A DNA stretch of 64,000 bases from an uncultured Phycisphaerales bacterium (GCA_963758525.1 CAVWVQ010000002.1:160001-224000), one strand, 5' to 3'; positions 10,891-23,000 are shown, numbered from the stretch's first letter. Notes: generated by a model from the sequence alone, not told the origin. Program-made: numbers and translations.

Positions 10891-13800
10891 ATGGATTTAT
10901 CCGGAGGAGAAGTGATGGCGGTCGATGTGAAGCGATATACTCGCAATGACACAATGAACGTTGGCGCCGCTGAGAAGCGCGCTCGGGCGCGGCATCGGAA
11001 GTTGCGTCTGGCGGCGGCTGCGGCGCTTCCCGTGCTCTCCGGCCTGATGGGTCGCGCCGCGCATGCCGCCAGTGGCACCTGGCTGGATACGGGAGCGACC
11101 AGCGCCAACTGGAGCGATACCACGAACTGGGCCAGCGGGACGATTCCAGGCGCCACCACCGGCACAACCGACACATCGATCGCCACGTTCAATTCGGCCG
11201 TCGGCAGCGAGGGGCTGAGCACGACGCCGATCGTCATTGATTCCGGACGAAACGCAGCTGGCATCAGCTTCGACACAGCCGCCGGCAGCTACTTCATCGG
11301 CGCCACCGGCGGCAATTCCCTCCTGCTGACCAGCGGCGGCTCCATCCAGATTCTTTCCACGCTCACGGCCACCAACGCCGTGGAAACGATCAACGCGCCG
11401 CTCGTCATCGAAGGCGCCGCCGGCACCGACACTTTCGCCAACAACAGCGCCAACGGCACGGGCGCGGCGCGGGCACGCTGGATTTCGGCGGCCAAATCAA
11501 CGGCGGCACGGCGGGCGCAACGGTCTTGACGCTGAGCGGTTCGAACACCAACCTCAACACGATCAGCGGCAATATCATCAACGGCACCGCCACAAGCCTC
11601 GCGATAGCGAAGAGCGGTGCGGGTACTTGGGTTCTTGGCGGCGCGGATAGTTATTCAGGGGCGACCAGCCTCACTGCAGGCACGCTGATTTATTCGGGGA
11701 CCTCCTCGATGAGCAGCAATTCGACGATCACGCAGTCCTCCAACACAACGCTGGAGCTTCTGAGCAACAGCAGTGGCACCTTCACCCCCTCCGCCTCCAC
11801 CGCCAACTCCACCACAACCGGCTATATCCAAACCGGTGGCGGGCCATTTAATTTCATCGCGGGCGATGTGAGCGGCAGCAATACGGGCAACACACTGGTT
11901 CTTGCGAATATGGGCCAGTTTGGTCCAGCCGGCACATCGCCGACTTTCAATTTTGCCGTCAACAACAGCGATACCCTTCAGCTTGGTTCCGGAAGCTCGG
12001 GAACAGGCTTGTTGAACGTTTTCAATAACACGACGATCAACTCCACTGTCGCGGGCGGCACGCTGTCGATTCCGGGCGGGATCACCATCAATTACCCCCA
12101 GGCTTATACGCTTACTTTCGGCGGTGCGGGAAATATCACTTCTGGTCCGATTCTCCGCGATGGCAATATCAACGTAAACGTCACCGTTGCCGGGCCGGGC
12201 ACCTTGACGGTCACCGGAACGAGCAACTTATACAACGGCACAATAACGCTGCAAGGCGGCGGCATCTTGCAGATTGGTAATGGGACCACCGGCAATCTCA
12301 GCAGCACCGCCAACCCCCTCACCTTCAGCGGCACGGGCACGATCAACTTTGACGAGCCGGCCTCCACCAGCCAGTTTATGGCCGCGCTGACCCCCAGCGC
12401 GGGTGCCGACACGGTCGAGTCCACTTATCCCGGCAGCGGCACGAGCACCCTGACGTTCTCCAACGTGGTCGCCCGCACCGCCGGCGCGTCCCTCAACTTT
12501 GTCAGCAACGGGGGCACCAATGGAACCAGCAACAAGATCGTTCTGACGCAATTCGGGGGTTCCGCGCCGACGACGGCGGTGCTCCTCGGCAACGGCTACT
12601 TTTACAACGGCAGCAGTTACGCGGCAGTGAATGCCACCGGCGGCTACGTCCGCGCTTATGGCTCGGGCGACACGGGTTATGCAACCGCCTCCGGTTCCAA
12701 CGGGATCGCCGACTCGTCGACCAGCAACGTCGCCCTCACCGGCAACGTCACGGCTCAGAATAGCGCCTCGGTCAACACCCTCAACATGGGAGCATACACC
12801 CTCGCGCTCGCCTCCAGTCAGACCTTCCAGACCAACGGCATTTTGGTGTCGGGAAATGGCTCGGCCACCATCAGCGGCGGCACCGGGCTGGAAGCGACAA
12901 CCAGCGGTGGCGAATTGGTCATCAATACCAATCTGTCCAGCGACGTTCTGAACATCAGCACGCCAATTCTGAACAACAGCACCAGCTCGCTGACTGTGAC
13001 CGGTCTGGGCACCCTGACGCTTTCCGCCGCCGGCAACAACTACGCGGGAGCGACCACGGTTGACTCGGGTACGCTGAACTTGACCGGAACCCTCACGGGA
13101 GGCACAGTCGTTACAGTCAATGCGGGTACCTTTCAGTGGAATTCGGGCGCCACCCTGTCAACCTCCGCTGTCGCGCTCAATAACGGGGGGACTCTGAGCC
13201 TGTTATCGGATTCAACTGCAACTTTCACTCCGTCGGGCTTTTACCTCAATAGTGGCTCCTACACCATCGCGGTGAACCAAGTGAGCAGCGCGGGGGCTGG
13301 CAAAACGCTCTCAATTGCCAACGAGGCAAGTAACGGCACCACCTCTACTTCTATCAACGTCAGCAGCACCTCCGGAGACACCTTGGCATTTAGTACTGCT
13401 TTCCAACTCAACGGTGTCGGAGCCGGTGCGGGTACTACAACCTTTAACCTCAACAACGCGAACGTGATTCTGAACGGATTGAGCAACACTTCTTCCGCAA
13501 CTGACGGAGGAATGGTCGTTCAGAGTACAACCGGTAACAGCTTGACGATCAACGGCACCCTCTCGACGGCCTCCAACCGGTTCTTCGGCATCACGCTCAA
13601 CAGCGGCACTTTGATTGACAACATCAGCGGGTACGCGGGTAGCAGTACTAATCGCGGATTCTATGCCAATCTCAATGGCGGCACGTGGGACTTAAACAAC
13701 AATCAGGCAGTCGGCGGCGCCACCAATGGGAACAAATTGAATATCGCGGGTGGCACGTTGGACAATACCAGCGGGTTAGCCGTGACGTTGGCGAACAATC

Positions 13801-14816
13801 CGCCCATCAACATCAGCGGCAGCTTCGCCTACAGCACCTCTGCCGGCACCAGCGCGAACAACTTGAACCTGGGCACGGGTGCGGTGGCATTGACCGCCAC
13901 TCCAACGATCACCACGGCTGGGGCTGGCACCTTGACCCTGGGCGGCGTCGTCAGTGGCAGCTATGGCCTGAACTTGACTGGCACGGGCGTGCTGGCGCTT
14001 ACCGGCGCAAATAGTTACTCGGGTGCGACCACCATCGCGGGCGGTACACTGCGAGTGAACAATACCAGCGGCTCATCTGGCACGGGCACCGGTGCTGTGA
14101 CGGTCAACGGGGGAATTCTCGGCGGCAGCGGCTTCATCGGCACGTCGGGTTCTTCCAACGGGGCGATCACCGTCAACAACGGCGGACTGATCGCCGCCGG
14201 CGCCAGCAGCTCCTCCACCGCCACCGGCACGCTGACCAGCCTGAGCACCAGCGGTGTCACGCTCAATGCCGGGTCCGGTTACAACTGGAAGATTCAGAAC
14301 GCCAGCGGCACGGCTGGTGGCACCGGGTGGGACCAAGTCGCTACCCAGGGTATTGCCTTCGGCACCGGTACGGCGCTGACATCCGCCAGCCCCTTTACGG
14401 TTTATATCCAGGGCAATCCCACGAACCTGGCTCCGGGGAGCACGGTCTTCGTGATTGCCACCGATCCCGTCGGCAACATCCCGATCAATGGGACGACTTA
14501 CTCGACGGCTTCGGCCCCCGTGGCGTTGACCGGCGCTGCGACCCCCGTGGCTCTTTCCAATCTGTTTGTCCTCAACACCTCCGGTTTCTCCGACACCAAC
14601 AGCCCGCGGGTTGGAGGAAGTTCATCGTTCACATTGGAACTCGTGACGGACAATTCTGGGGGACAGGACTTGGCGCTCGCTTACAACGCCGCGCCCGAGC
14701 CGGGCACGGCGATGCTGATGCTCGGCGGGGCGCTGCCCATGCTCATGGGTCGTCGCCGACGTCGGAACATATCCGGGAAGCCCGCTGCGATTCGCGACGA
14801 CTCGCTCCTTGCTTGA
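10891..14816 (+). CDS. PEP-CTERM surface protein with autotransporter-associated beta-strand repeats; frameshift near 11470
   Basis: Signal-like RKLRLAAAAALPVL...AAHA; repeats of the type KSGAGTWVLGGADSYSGATSLTAGTL; C-terminal APEPGTAMLMLGGALPMLMGRRRRR; start could be 10954. Confidence 0.88.
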
Positions 14817-14854
14817 CAGGTGAATTCAGAACCTGTTGAGCCGCGGTTTGACAA

Positions 14855-14892
14855 CCCACGCCGAGTCTGAGGTACACCGAAGCCTCGGATCG
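14855..14892. repeat. Half copy of palindromic family B (CCCACGCCGAGTCTGAGGTACRCCGAAG..TCGGATCG)
   Basis: Near-identical to the left arm of 40981-41067. Confidence 0.7.
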
Positions 14893-15055
14893 AACGTCGG
14901 GCAACCCATTGAAGCATGCGATCACCCAGCAGGCGGTGATGCGGACGACGCATCGTCCAGTTGGAGGACACGCTGGGCCAGCGAACGGAATGCGTAAACG
15001 GCAGTTAGCTCAAGTCTAAAGGGCGAATGGTATTCGCGTTCCTCGAGTAGATACA

Positions 15056-16126
15056 ATGATGCATATGCGAAACCACAATTCGATGCATCGGACTGGGGGT
15101 TTTACCCTTGTCGAACTGCTGGTCGTCATCGGGATCATCGCCATTTTGGTTGCGCTGTTGCTTCCCGCCCTGGCCGGGGCCCGGGAACAGGCAAAGTACG
15201 TGCGGTGGCAGGCGTTCAGCCGCGACACGTCCATGGACCCGAACATCGCGGTCTACTTCAACCTGCAAAACGATCGCGGCGCCAACACCCTGACCAATAT
15301 GGCGGTAAACAACGCCGATGATCCCAGCTTCGTCCCGTCGCAATGCAATGCGCAGGCCCTGGATTGGGCGAATACAGCGGGTTTTCTACCGCTGGCGAAT
15401 CAGCCGTATGCACCGTCGCAGATCCAGGCGATGTGGGCAAGCGATGGGCGATTTAAGAACAAGCCGGCTTTGACCCTGTCAACCACGACGACACCGAACG
15501 CAATGTTTTACATCGGCCCCTTCGGCCGGGCCAACGGACGACTCGCCAAGCTGCTGATGAAGTCACAGCAGATCACGATCGTGTTCTGGGCCTATCTGCC
15601 GCCGTCGGCGCAGAGCGCCAGTACCAAGCAAACGTTCCTGAGGTGGGCCGGAACAAACCAGAACTATCGCGTCATGTCAATCGACTTCCCCTGGGGCGGC
15701 GATGTCCAGTGGCAGAACGGCATCGGAACTTCCGGTGCCTTTGGGGCGGGCGCGGGTGTGCCGTATTCCTCGACCGTTGCCAACCAATGGAACCTTTGGT
15801 GTTTCACCTGTGACCGGAATACCGGTCTCATGAAGGTCTACCTGAACGCGCAGTTGGTCCCGCTCGCGAACGATGTCAATACCGTGCAGTGCGGTCGGTT
15901 CGTCGTTTTCGATGAAAATGCGCCCTACTACAAAGATACCGGCAACTTCATGTTCGGGAATACACCGGGGGGCCCTGAGGATACGATCGCCGTCGATGAA
16001 CTGGCAGTGTTCGATGCGGATCTATCACCGCAGGACGTCCAGATCGTCGCCGGAAACCCGGTCACGGTTCCCGGAGTGCCCGCGGTGCGGTTCCTGCAGA
16101 TGTACGACATGGGGAACCCCAATTAG
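15056..16126 (+). CDS. Prepilin-type N-terminal cleavage/methylation protein fused to a LamG domain
   Basis: [32 protein letters not shown]; LamG motifs [31 protein letters not shown]. Confidence 0.85.
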   Translation: MMHMRNHNSMHRTGGFTLVELLVVIGIIAILVALLLPALAGAREQAKYVRWQAFSRDTSMDPNIAVYFNLQNDRGANTLTNMAVNNADDPSFVPSQCNAQALDWANTAGFLPLANQPYAPSQIQAMWASDGRFKNKPALTLSTTTTPNAMFYIGPFGRANGRLAKLLMKSQQITIVFWAYLPPSAQSASTKQTFLRWAGTNQNYRVMSIDFPWGGDVQWQNGIGTSGAFGAGAGVPYSSTVANQWNLWCFTCDRNTGLMKVYLNAQLVPLANDVNTVQCGRFVVFDENAPYYKDTGNFMFGNTPGGPEDTIAVDELAVFDADLSPQDVQIVAGNPVTVPGVPAVRFLQMYDMGNPN

Positions 16127-16163
16127 GCTTCCCCCGGCGCAGCACGCCATCACCGGAGTTCGA

Positions 16164-16649
16164 ATGGGTGTTCGAGAAACACTAAACCGGCAATCCAAGG
16201 CGATTGGAATTGCGTCGGCGATGATGATCGCTCTCTGCCTGGCGTTCGCCGTGACGCAGTACAAGCATGGCGGACGTCCGTCGCTCCCGCATTTCGCTGA
16301 CAAGGCCTATTACACGACTGATGATGGCGCGACATTCTTTACGGACTCTGTCAATCTGATCGCCCCTTTTGACCATCTGGTGCGCCAAGCCGTGCGGGCG
16401 CATATGTTCACGTGTGATTCGGGCAAACACCGGTGGATCGGGTATCTCGAAAAATATTCGGATGCGGACCTGAAGCGGTTTGACCCCTCCAATTCCCAGA
16501 TGGATTTCTCCCCGCCGATTCCGCTCGTGCGGCGGCCAGGTGCGGGGGACTGGGTGCCAGAATCCTCCAAGGACGCGATGTTCATCATGGATCCAAAGTG
16601 CCCTGACGGAGAGGGTGCCGGGCCCCCCCAGCCGGTGTTGCCTGATTGA
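16164..16649 (+). CDS. Membrane-anchored hypothetical protein, pilin partner 1
   Basis: GGAG RBS; N-terminal TM; AYYTTDDGATFF...PFDH...C..G...GYL; paralog of 18026..18505. Confidence 0.75.
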   Translation: MGVRETLNRQSKAIGIASAMMIALCLAFAVTQYKHGGRPSLPHFADKAYYTTDDGATFFTDSVNLIAPFDHLVRQAVRAHMFTCDSGKHRWIGYLEKYSDADLKRFDPSNSQMDFSPPIPLVRRPGAGDWVPESSKDAMFIMDPKCPDGEGAGPPQPVLPD

Positions 16650-16948
16650 TCCACATGGAATATCCAGTCGCCTCCAGACCCTTCGCCGAAGTATGGCTGA
16701 CCCGTGAATACACTTCGGGAATTGGATCGAGCATTACTTCCTGAACTGGAGCGATTCGGATATCCAGGGGAACACTCCGTGGTGAATATTGCAGTCAATT
16801 GACGCAAAATCGCATGGATTCTGCGATTTAATGCGGTTACCATTCAGGCAACGATCTGGCACCTCGAACGAGTCTCGCAGGCGGAATCAAGTGCAGCTCC
16901 AGCCACTTGGCATGACGCCTGTGCGCGGCGGCGCCTGGAGGCACTGAC

Positions 16949-17991
16949 ATGTCCACGTCTCATCAGCGGAAACGTCCGGCATTCTCGCTTGTAGAACTGC
17001 TTGTGGTCATTGGCATCATTGCGGTGCTTATTGCGCTGTTGCTGCCCTCGCTGGGCCGCGCGCGGTATGAGGCGCGTCGGGTCGCGTGCATGAGCAATCT
17101 TCGCCAGATCGGCCAGGCATTCATGATGTATGCGAGCGAAAATAAAGGTGCATTCCCCCGCACCTATTATTTGACGAACTTCACCTGGACGCACTCGCCC
17201 GACAGCTTTTGCGGGCTGCGCGGTTCTCGAACCCCACGTCTGCCGCTCCGTTTCTGAATCCTTCGGTGTGGAATTATGACACCGTGCTGCCGCCGTGGAA
17301 CACCGACCATCGTCCCGGCGACAACGACGTCACCGCGGCGTTGTTCCTGCTGGTGCGGCAATATGGATTGCCGGCGCAGCTCTTTGTTTGTCCCGGGCGC
17401 GACGATCCATTTTATCCCGACGATTTCAAAACTCTGGGCGTGGCTGGTGCGTCGACCGACCCGATGAAGCGCTCGAACTTCTCATCGCCTTACAACCTCG
17501 GGTATAGCATGCATGTTCCTTATCCGCCGCCCAATGCGTTTGCCCTTGGGTTTCGCTGGGGCCTGACCGCCAAACCTGGCTTCGCAATTCTGGCGGATCT
17601 GAATCCGGGCGAGCGATTCGTCGACAGTTGCGTGGTCACCCACAGCAACTTTTACATATTAGACGGCCCGACAACGCCCACCGACCCGCCGGATTTGCAA
17701 AGAATGGCCAATAGCAGAAATCACGAAAAACGCGGTCAGAACGTTCTATATGCCGATGGGCATTGCGAGTGGTCCCCGACGGCGTTCGCCGGATACAACC
17801 AGGATAATATTTATACATTGGCCGGACCGATGGGTGTGACGAGTGGGAAGACTAATCAATGGACGACCGGCGCACAGTGCTTTTACCTCGGTGCCTTCTT
17901 CATCAATAACCCCGACGACAGCATCATGCAGCCCAACGAGGGAGCTACTGTTTCCAGTGTGATGAGTGCCAGCGGATTGGGCATCAACTGA
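16949..17991 (+). CDS. Prepilin-type / DUF1559-like protein with H-X9-DG C-terminal motif; frameshift near 17225
   Basis: [29 protein letters not shown]...CMSNLRQIG; LFVCP; NSRNHEKRGQNVLYADGH. Confidence 0.88.
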
Positions 17992-18025
17992 GCTCACGCC
18001 ATTTTTCCCTGAAGATCGTCCGCGC

Positions 18026-18505
18026 ATGAACTTCCGTGAATTGGTAAACCGTCGCCCGAAGCTTGCAGCGGCAAGCATCATCGCGATCGCTGTTCTTGCC
18101 ATCGGCTTCTCTTTCCAGAGCAGCCGCGGCCCCAAGTTGTCCGGGCCGATCACGCAGGCGTTCTTCAGTGATGACGATGGCAAGAGCTGGTTCGCCGAAG
18201 ATATAAACAAGCCGTTTCCATTCGATCACAACGGACGGCAGGCATACCGGGCATACGTTTTTCGCTGCCAATCCGGCGATCCGTTTGTTGGTTACCTGGC
18301 AAGCTTCAGCGATGCCGGCGCGCCGAAAGGTACGACGGCTGCCCCAACCCGCAGCGAACAATTTGGCCCGCAGAAGATCCCAGTCATGCAGGTGAAGAAA
18401 CCGGGAGAGTCTAATTGGATTCCCATAGATAGCCCCCAGGGGGAGCTCATCATTGACGTGAAGGGCCCCGACGGATCGAGGCCGCTGGCGGTCTTGCCCG
18501 AGTAA
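18026..18505 (+). CDS. Membrane-anchored hypothetical protein, pilin partner 2
   Basis: N-terminal TM; AFFSDDDGKSWF...PFDH...C..G...GYL...VKKPG..W; paralog of 16164..16649. Confidence 0.75.
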   Translation: MNFRELVNRRPKLAAASIIAIAVLAIGFSFQSSRGPKLSGPITQAFFSDDDGKSWFAEDINKPFPFDHNGRQAYRAYVFRCQSGDPFVGYLASFSDAGAPKGTTAAPTRSEQFGPQKIPVMQVKKPGESNWIPIDSPQGELIIDVKGPDGSRPLAVLPE

Positions 18506-18697
18506 AAGCGATTGCTCCTCACGGCTGGAGCGCTGGCGGTCCTGCCGTCGCACGTACCCCGGAATAATTTCGCAGCACTGTGACGCAAAATCGCATGAAC
18601 GGCTACGCTATTTTGCGGTAGTTTCTCTGTCGGAGCTGGAGCTGTCCGGATACCATTTGCGGCGCAGCGGAGATTTCAAGGCATTGGAGGAATCGTC

Positions 18698-19801
18698 ATG
18701 TCGAATCGCGTGAGAGTGGCAATCGTCGGTCTTGGCTTCGGAGCTGAGTTCATCCCGATTTTCCAGAACCATCCGGACGCGGAGATGTATGCCATCTGCC
18801 AGCGGAATCCGGAGACGCTGGAGAAGATCGGTGAAGTATTCGGCGTGAAGCGGCGTTACACGAAATATGAGGACGTCCTGAAGGATCCGAATGTCGACGC
18901 GGTCCATATCAACACGCCGATTCCGGATCACGCGGCGCAGAGCATCGCCGCGCTCAAGGCCGGAAAGCATGTTGCCTGCACGGTGCCGATGGCGACGACG
19001 GTTGACGAGTGCCGGGCGATTGTGGCGGAGGCGCGCAAGGCGAAGAAGAACTACATGATGATGGAGACGGTGGTCTTCTCGCGTGAATTTCTCTACGTGC
19101 GCGAGCTGTATGAGAAAGGGGAGCTGGGCCGGCTGCAGTTCATGCGTGGGAGCCATCAGCAGGAAATGGCCGGTTGGCCCGGGTATTGGGAAGGGCTGCC
19201 GCCGATGTACTACGCGACGCACTGCGTCGGCCCGCTGCTGGCGCTGGCGGATAAGCTGGCGGCTTCGGTGACGTGTCTTGGATCGGGACGCATCGCCGAG
19301 AATCTTGCCAAAAAGTACGGTTCCCCGTTCGCGGTGGAGAGCGCTCAGATTCGGCTGAAGGGTTCGGACGTGGGGTGCGAGGTCACGCGGTCGCTCTTCG
19401 AGACGGCGCGGCAGTATCGCGAAAGCTTCGACATCTACTGTGATAAAGCGAGCTTCGAGGCGCCGCTCGTCGAGCATGAGCCGCCGGTTCTGCATCGCGG
19501 GGAAACCCCCGAGAAGGTGACGGTGCCGGATTATGCGCATCGTCTGCCGGCAGGGATACAGCGATATACGACCAAGGGCGTCTACGACAGTGATGAGAAC
19601 GTGCATCTGTCGTTCAAGCAGGGAAGCGGACACGGCGGATCGCATCCGCACCTGGTGCATGAGTTTCTGCGCAGCATCGTTGAGAAGCGCAAGCCGTATG
19701 TGGATGAGGTGAAGGCAGCCAACTGGACGAGCACCGGAATCTGTGCGCACGAGTCGGCAATGTCGGGCGGCAAACTGGTGGCGATTCCGGATTTTGCGTA
19801 G
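18698..19801 (+). CDS. Gfo/Idh/MocA family oxidoreductase
   Basis: VAIVGLGFG, DAVHINTP, AGKHVACTVPM, GHGGSH; GGAGG RBS. Confidence 0.9.
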   Translation: MSNRVRVAIVGLGFGAEFIPIFQNHPDAEMYAICQRNPETLEKIGEVFGVKRRYTKYEDVLKDPNVDAVHINTPIPDHAAQSIAALKAGKHVACTVPMATTVDECRAIVAEARKAKKNYMMMETVVFSREFLYVRELYEKGELGRLQFMRGSHQQEMAGWPGYWEGLPPMYYATHCVGPLLALADKLAASVTCLGSGRIAENLAKKYGSPFAVESAQIRLKGSDVGCEVTRSLFETARQYRESFDIYCDKASFEAPLVEHEPPVLHRGETPEKVTVPDYAHRLPAGIQRYTTKGVYDSDENVHLSFKQGSGHGGSHPHLVHEFLRSIVEKRKPYVDEVKAANWTSTGICAHESAMSGGKLVAIPDFA

Positions 19802-19839
19802 CGACGATGACGCATTGAGCGAGGATGGAGAGCGCTTCA

Positions 19840-19953
19840 CCCGGTTAGCCGCGACGCGCAGCGGAGCGCGTATTCCGGGCATCCTGAGCTTGCAAGTCCG
19901 AGTTGCGAAACACGCTGTTGGACGCGCTCCGCTGCGCGTCGCGGCTAACCGGG
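19840..19953. repeat. Perfect 32-bp inverted repeat (REP-like doublet)
   Basis: CCCGGTTAGCCGCGACGCGCAGCGGAGCGCGT (19840-19871) and its exact reverse complement (19922-19953). Confidence 0.85.
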
Positions 19954-20043
19954 GTGAACGCAACCGCGTGCAGATTTATCTGCGTTCGGTTACGACGGAA
20001 TCGAAGTGACGGCGGACCATTTACTCTTCGCGAAGGAGTCTGT

Positions 20044-23000
20044 GTGACAACGAGGTTTCAGGGTTGGCTGCCGCTGGCGGCATGTGCAGTTGCGATGATG
20101 GCCTTCCTGTGCCTTGGGGCAACGGACAGCGTCGGCGGCGCCGGCAATCATCCGGTGCGGCGGGTTAAGGTCCTGTTCCTCGGCGACGAGGGACACCACG
20201 TTCCCCGCGAGCGCGCCCGGCAACTGATCCCCGTCGCGTCGCGCAACGGCATCGACATCAGCTACACCGAAGACATCGGCGATCTGAATCCGGCTACGCT
20301 GAATATGTACGACTGCCTGATGATCTACGCCAACATCGAGAGGATTTCGCCGGAGCACGAAAAGGCGCTGCTGGATTACGTCGAAGGGGGCCATGGGCTG
20401 GTCGCGCTGCACTGCGCGTCCTACTGCTTCCTCAATTCGCCAAAGTACATCGCGCTGGTCGGGGCCGAATTTTCGCATCACAGCACCGGCGTGTTTCGCA
20501 CGAAGATCATTGCGCCGGATCATCCGATCATGAAGGGATTCACCGGCTTTGAGAGCTGGGACGAAACCTACGTTCATACGAAGCACAACACGGAGAATCG
20601 CACGGTGCTGGAGATGCGCGACACTGAGCCGTACACGTGGGTGCGGACGCAGGGAAAAGGGCGGGTTTTCTACACCGCCTGGGGACATGACGAGCGGACG
20701 TGGGGCAATCCCGGATTCGTGGATCTGGTGGAGCGCGGGACTCGCTGGGCGGCCGGCGATTGGGCGATGGGGCCCCAGCCGCAGCTCAAAGCATTTGAAT
20801 ATGCCGAGGCGCAGGTCCCCCGCTATCTGCAGGCCGCCAAGGGACACAACCAGGCCAGGCAGAACCAGATGCAGCTTCCGCTGGCGGAGGAAGAGTCGAT
20901 CAAGCACATGGTGGTGCCGCAGGGATTTTCGGTGAAGGTCTTCGCATCCGATCCGCTGATTTACAAGCCGATCTGCATGGCATGGGACGAGCGCGGGCGG
21001 CTGTGGGTTAGCGAAACCGTCGATTATCCAAATCAGCTCCAGGATCCCGGCAAAGGTCATGACCGGATCATCATCATCGAAGACTCGACCGGTAAGGGCG
21101 TTGCCGACAAGGTCACGGTGTTTGCCGACAAGCTGAGCATCCCAACGAGCCTCTGCTTTGCCAACGGCGGCGTGATCGTGGCGCAGGCGCCGGACATTCT
21201 GTTCCTCAAGAGCAGCAAAGGGGATGACACAGCCGACGTGAAGCAGGTGCTCTTCAGCGGCTTCGGCACGCGCGACACGCACGCGGAGTGCAGCAATCTT
21301 CGCTACGGGTTTGACGGGTGGATTTACGGGACCGTTGGTTACAGCGGATTTGAAGGAACCGTCGGGGGACAGAAGCTGCACTTCGGCGAAGGGTTCTTCC
21401 GCTTCAAGCCGGACGGCAGCAAGCTGGAATTCCTCGGCTCGACGAACAACAACACCTGGGGGCTGGGCATCAGCGAGGATAATCACATCTTCGCGTCGAC
21501 CGCCAATGGCAATCCAAGCTTCGACCTGGCGATTCCCAATCGCTACTACGAGCAGGCCGAGAATCTCAGCGCCCACGGCACGCAGACCATCGCGGACACG
21601 CCGGCGTTCTATCCCATGACGGACAAGATCCGCCAGGTCGATAATTTCGCGCTTACACCGCCGGCGCGGGAAGCGATCTCTACACCGCGCGGAGTTTCCC
21701 GCAGGAATATTGGAACCGCATCCAATTCGTCGCCGAGCCGACCGGGCATCTGCTCGGCAGGTTTATCCTGAAAAACGTCGGGAGCGCGGTTGTGGCCGTG
21801 AACGATTTCAATCTGCTGGCCAGCGACGATGAATGGACAGCCCCGATCGCGGGAGAAGTCGGGCCGGACGGCGCGGTCTGGATGATCGACTGGTACAACT
21901 ACATCGTTCAGCACAATCCGATCCCCGAAGGTTTCAAGGGCGGCAAGGGTGGCGCATATGAGACGGAGTTGCGCGATAAGTCGCACGGCCGCATCTACCG
22001 GATCGTCTGGGACGGGGCAGCTGCGCCAGGCAGATGGATCTGCGCGGCGCAACGGCAGCGCAGCTCGTGGAGGTGCTGAAGAACGACAATCTCTTTTGGC
22101 GCATGACCGCGCAGCGACTGTTGATCGAAAAAGGGGACAAGTCGATTGTGCCCGATCTGATCAAGCTGGCGGCAGACCAGAGCGTGGACGCGATCGGACT
22201 CAATACCGCCGCCATTCACGCACTCTGGTTGATGAAGATTCTCGGCGCGCTCGACGGAAGCAACGCCGAGGCGACTGCCGCGGCGGTCGCGGCGCTCAAG
22301 CACCCCTCGTCGGCGGTTCGTCGCAATGCGGCGCTGGTGCTCGCGCCGACGGCGGCCAACGCCGACGCAATTCTCGACGCAAAGCTGCTGGCGGACAAAG
22401 ACCCGCAGACGCGAAAGACCGCGCTGCTGGCGCTGGCGGAACTTCCGGCTTCAGACAATGTGGGCGCGGCAATTCTCGAGATCCTCTCGCGGAAGGAAAA
22501 CGCGGCCGACAAGTGGATCCCAGACGCGGCGACGATTGCGGCATGCAAGAATGACGCGGGGTTTCAGAAGGCGCTCTTTGCCAGCTATAAGGGATCGCCC
22601 GCCACGACGGCCCCTGCAACGCCGCAGAATTTAATCCCGAATGGTTCGTTCGAAGAGGTCGAGAACGGGCTGCCCAAAGGATGGCAGGCCCGCAATTATC
22701 AAGGCGCGCCCGCGACGCACGACGTGGTGTCGGATGCTCACGGGGGGCAACACGCTCTGCGCATTACCTCCGCCGGCGGATCAGATGCGAGTTGCTTCGT
22801 CGAAGCTCCCGTCGAACCGAACACCCAATACACGCTCTCCGCGTGGATCAAAACCGAGCAGTTGGTGCAAAGTTCCGGGCTTGGAGCTTTGCTCAATGTG
22901 CATGGCACCGAATTTAAGACCAAGGCTCTGCAGGGAACGCACGACTGGACAAAAGTTGAGACTACGTTCAACAGCGGCAAGCTCACCACAGTCAGCATCA

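Noticed and set aside
16738..16763. Third copy of the ECF promoter motif
   Set aside because: Only TCCTGA...GGATA with spacing off by one; too weak
19990..21576. 528-aa minus-strand ORF
   Set aside because: Antisense shadow of the PVC heme protein, typical of high-GC DNA
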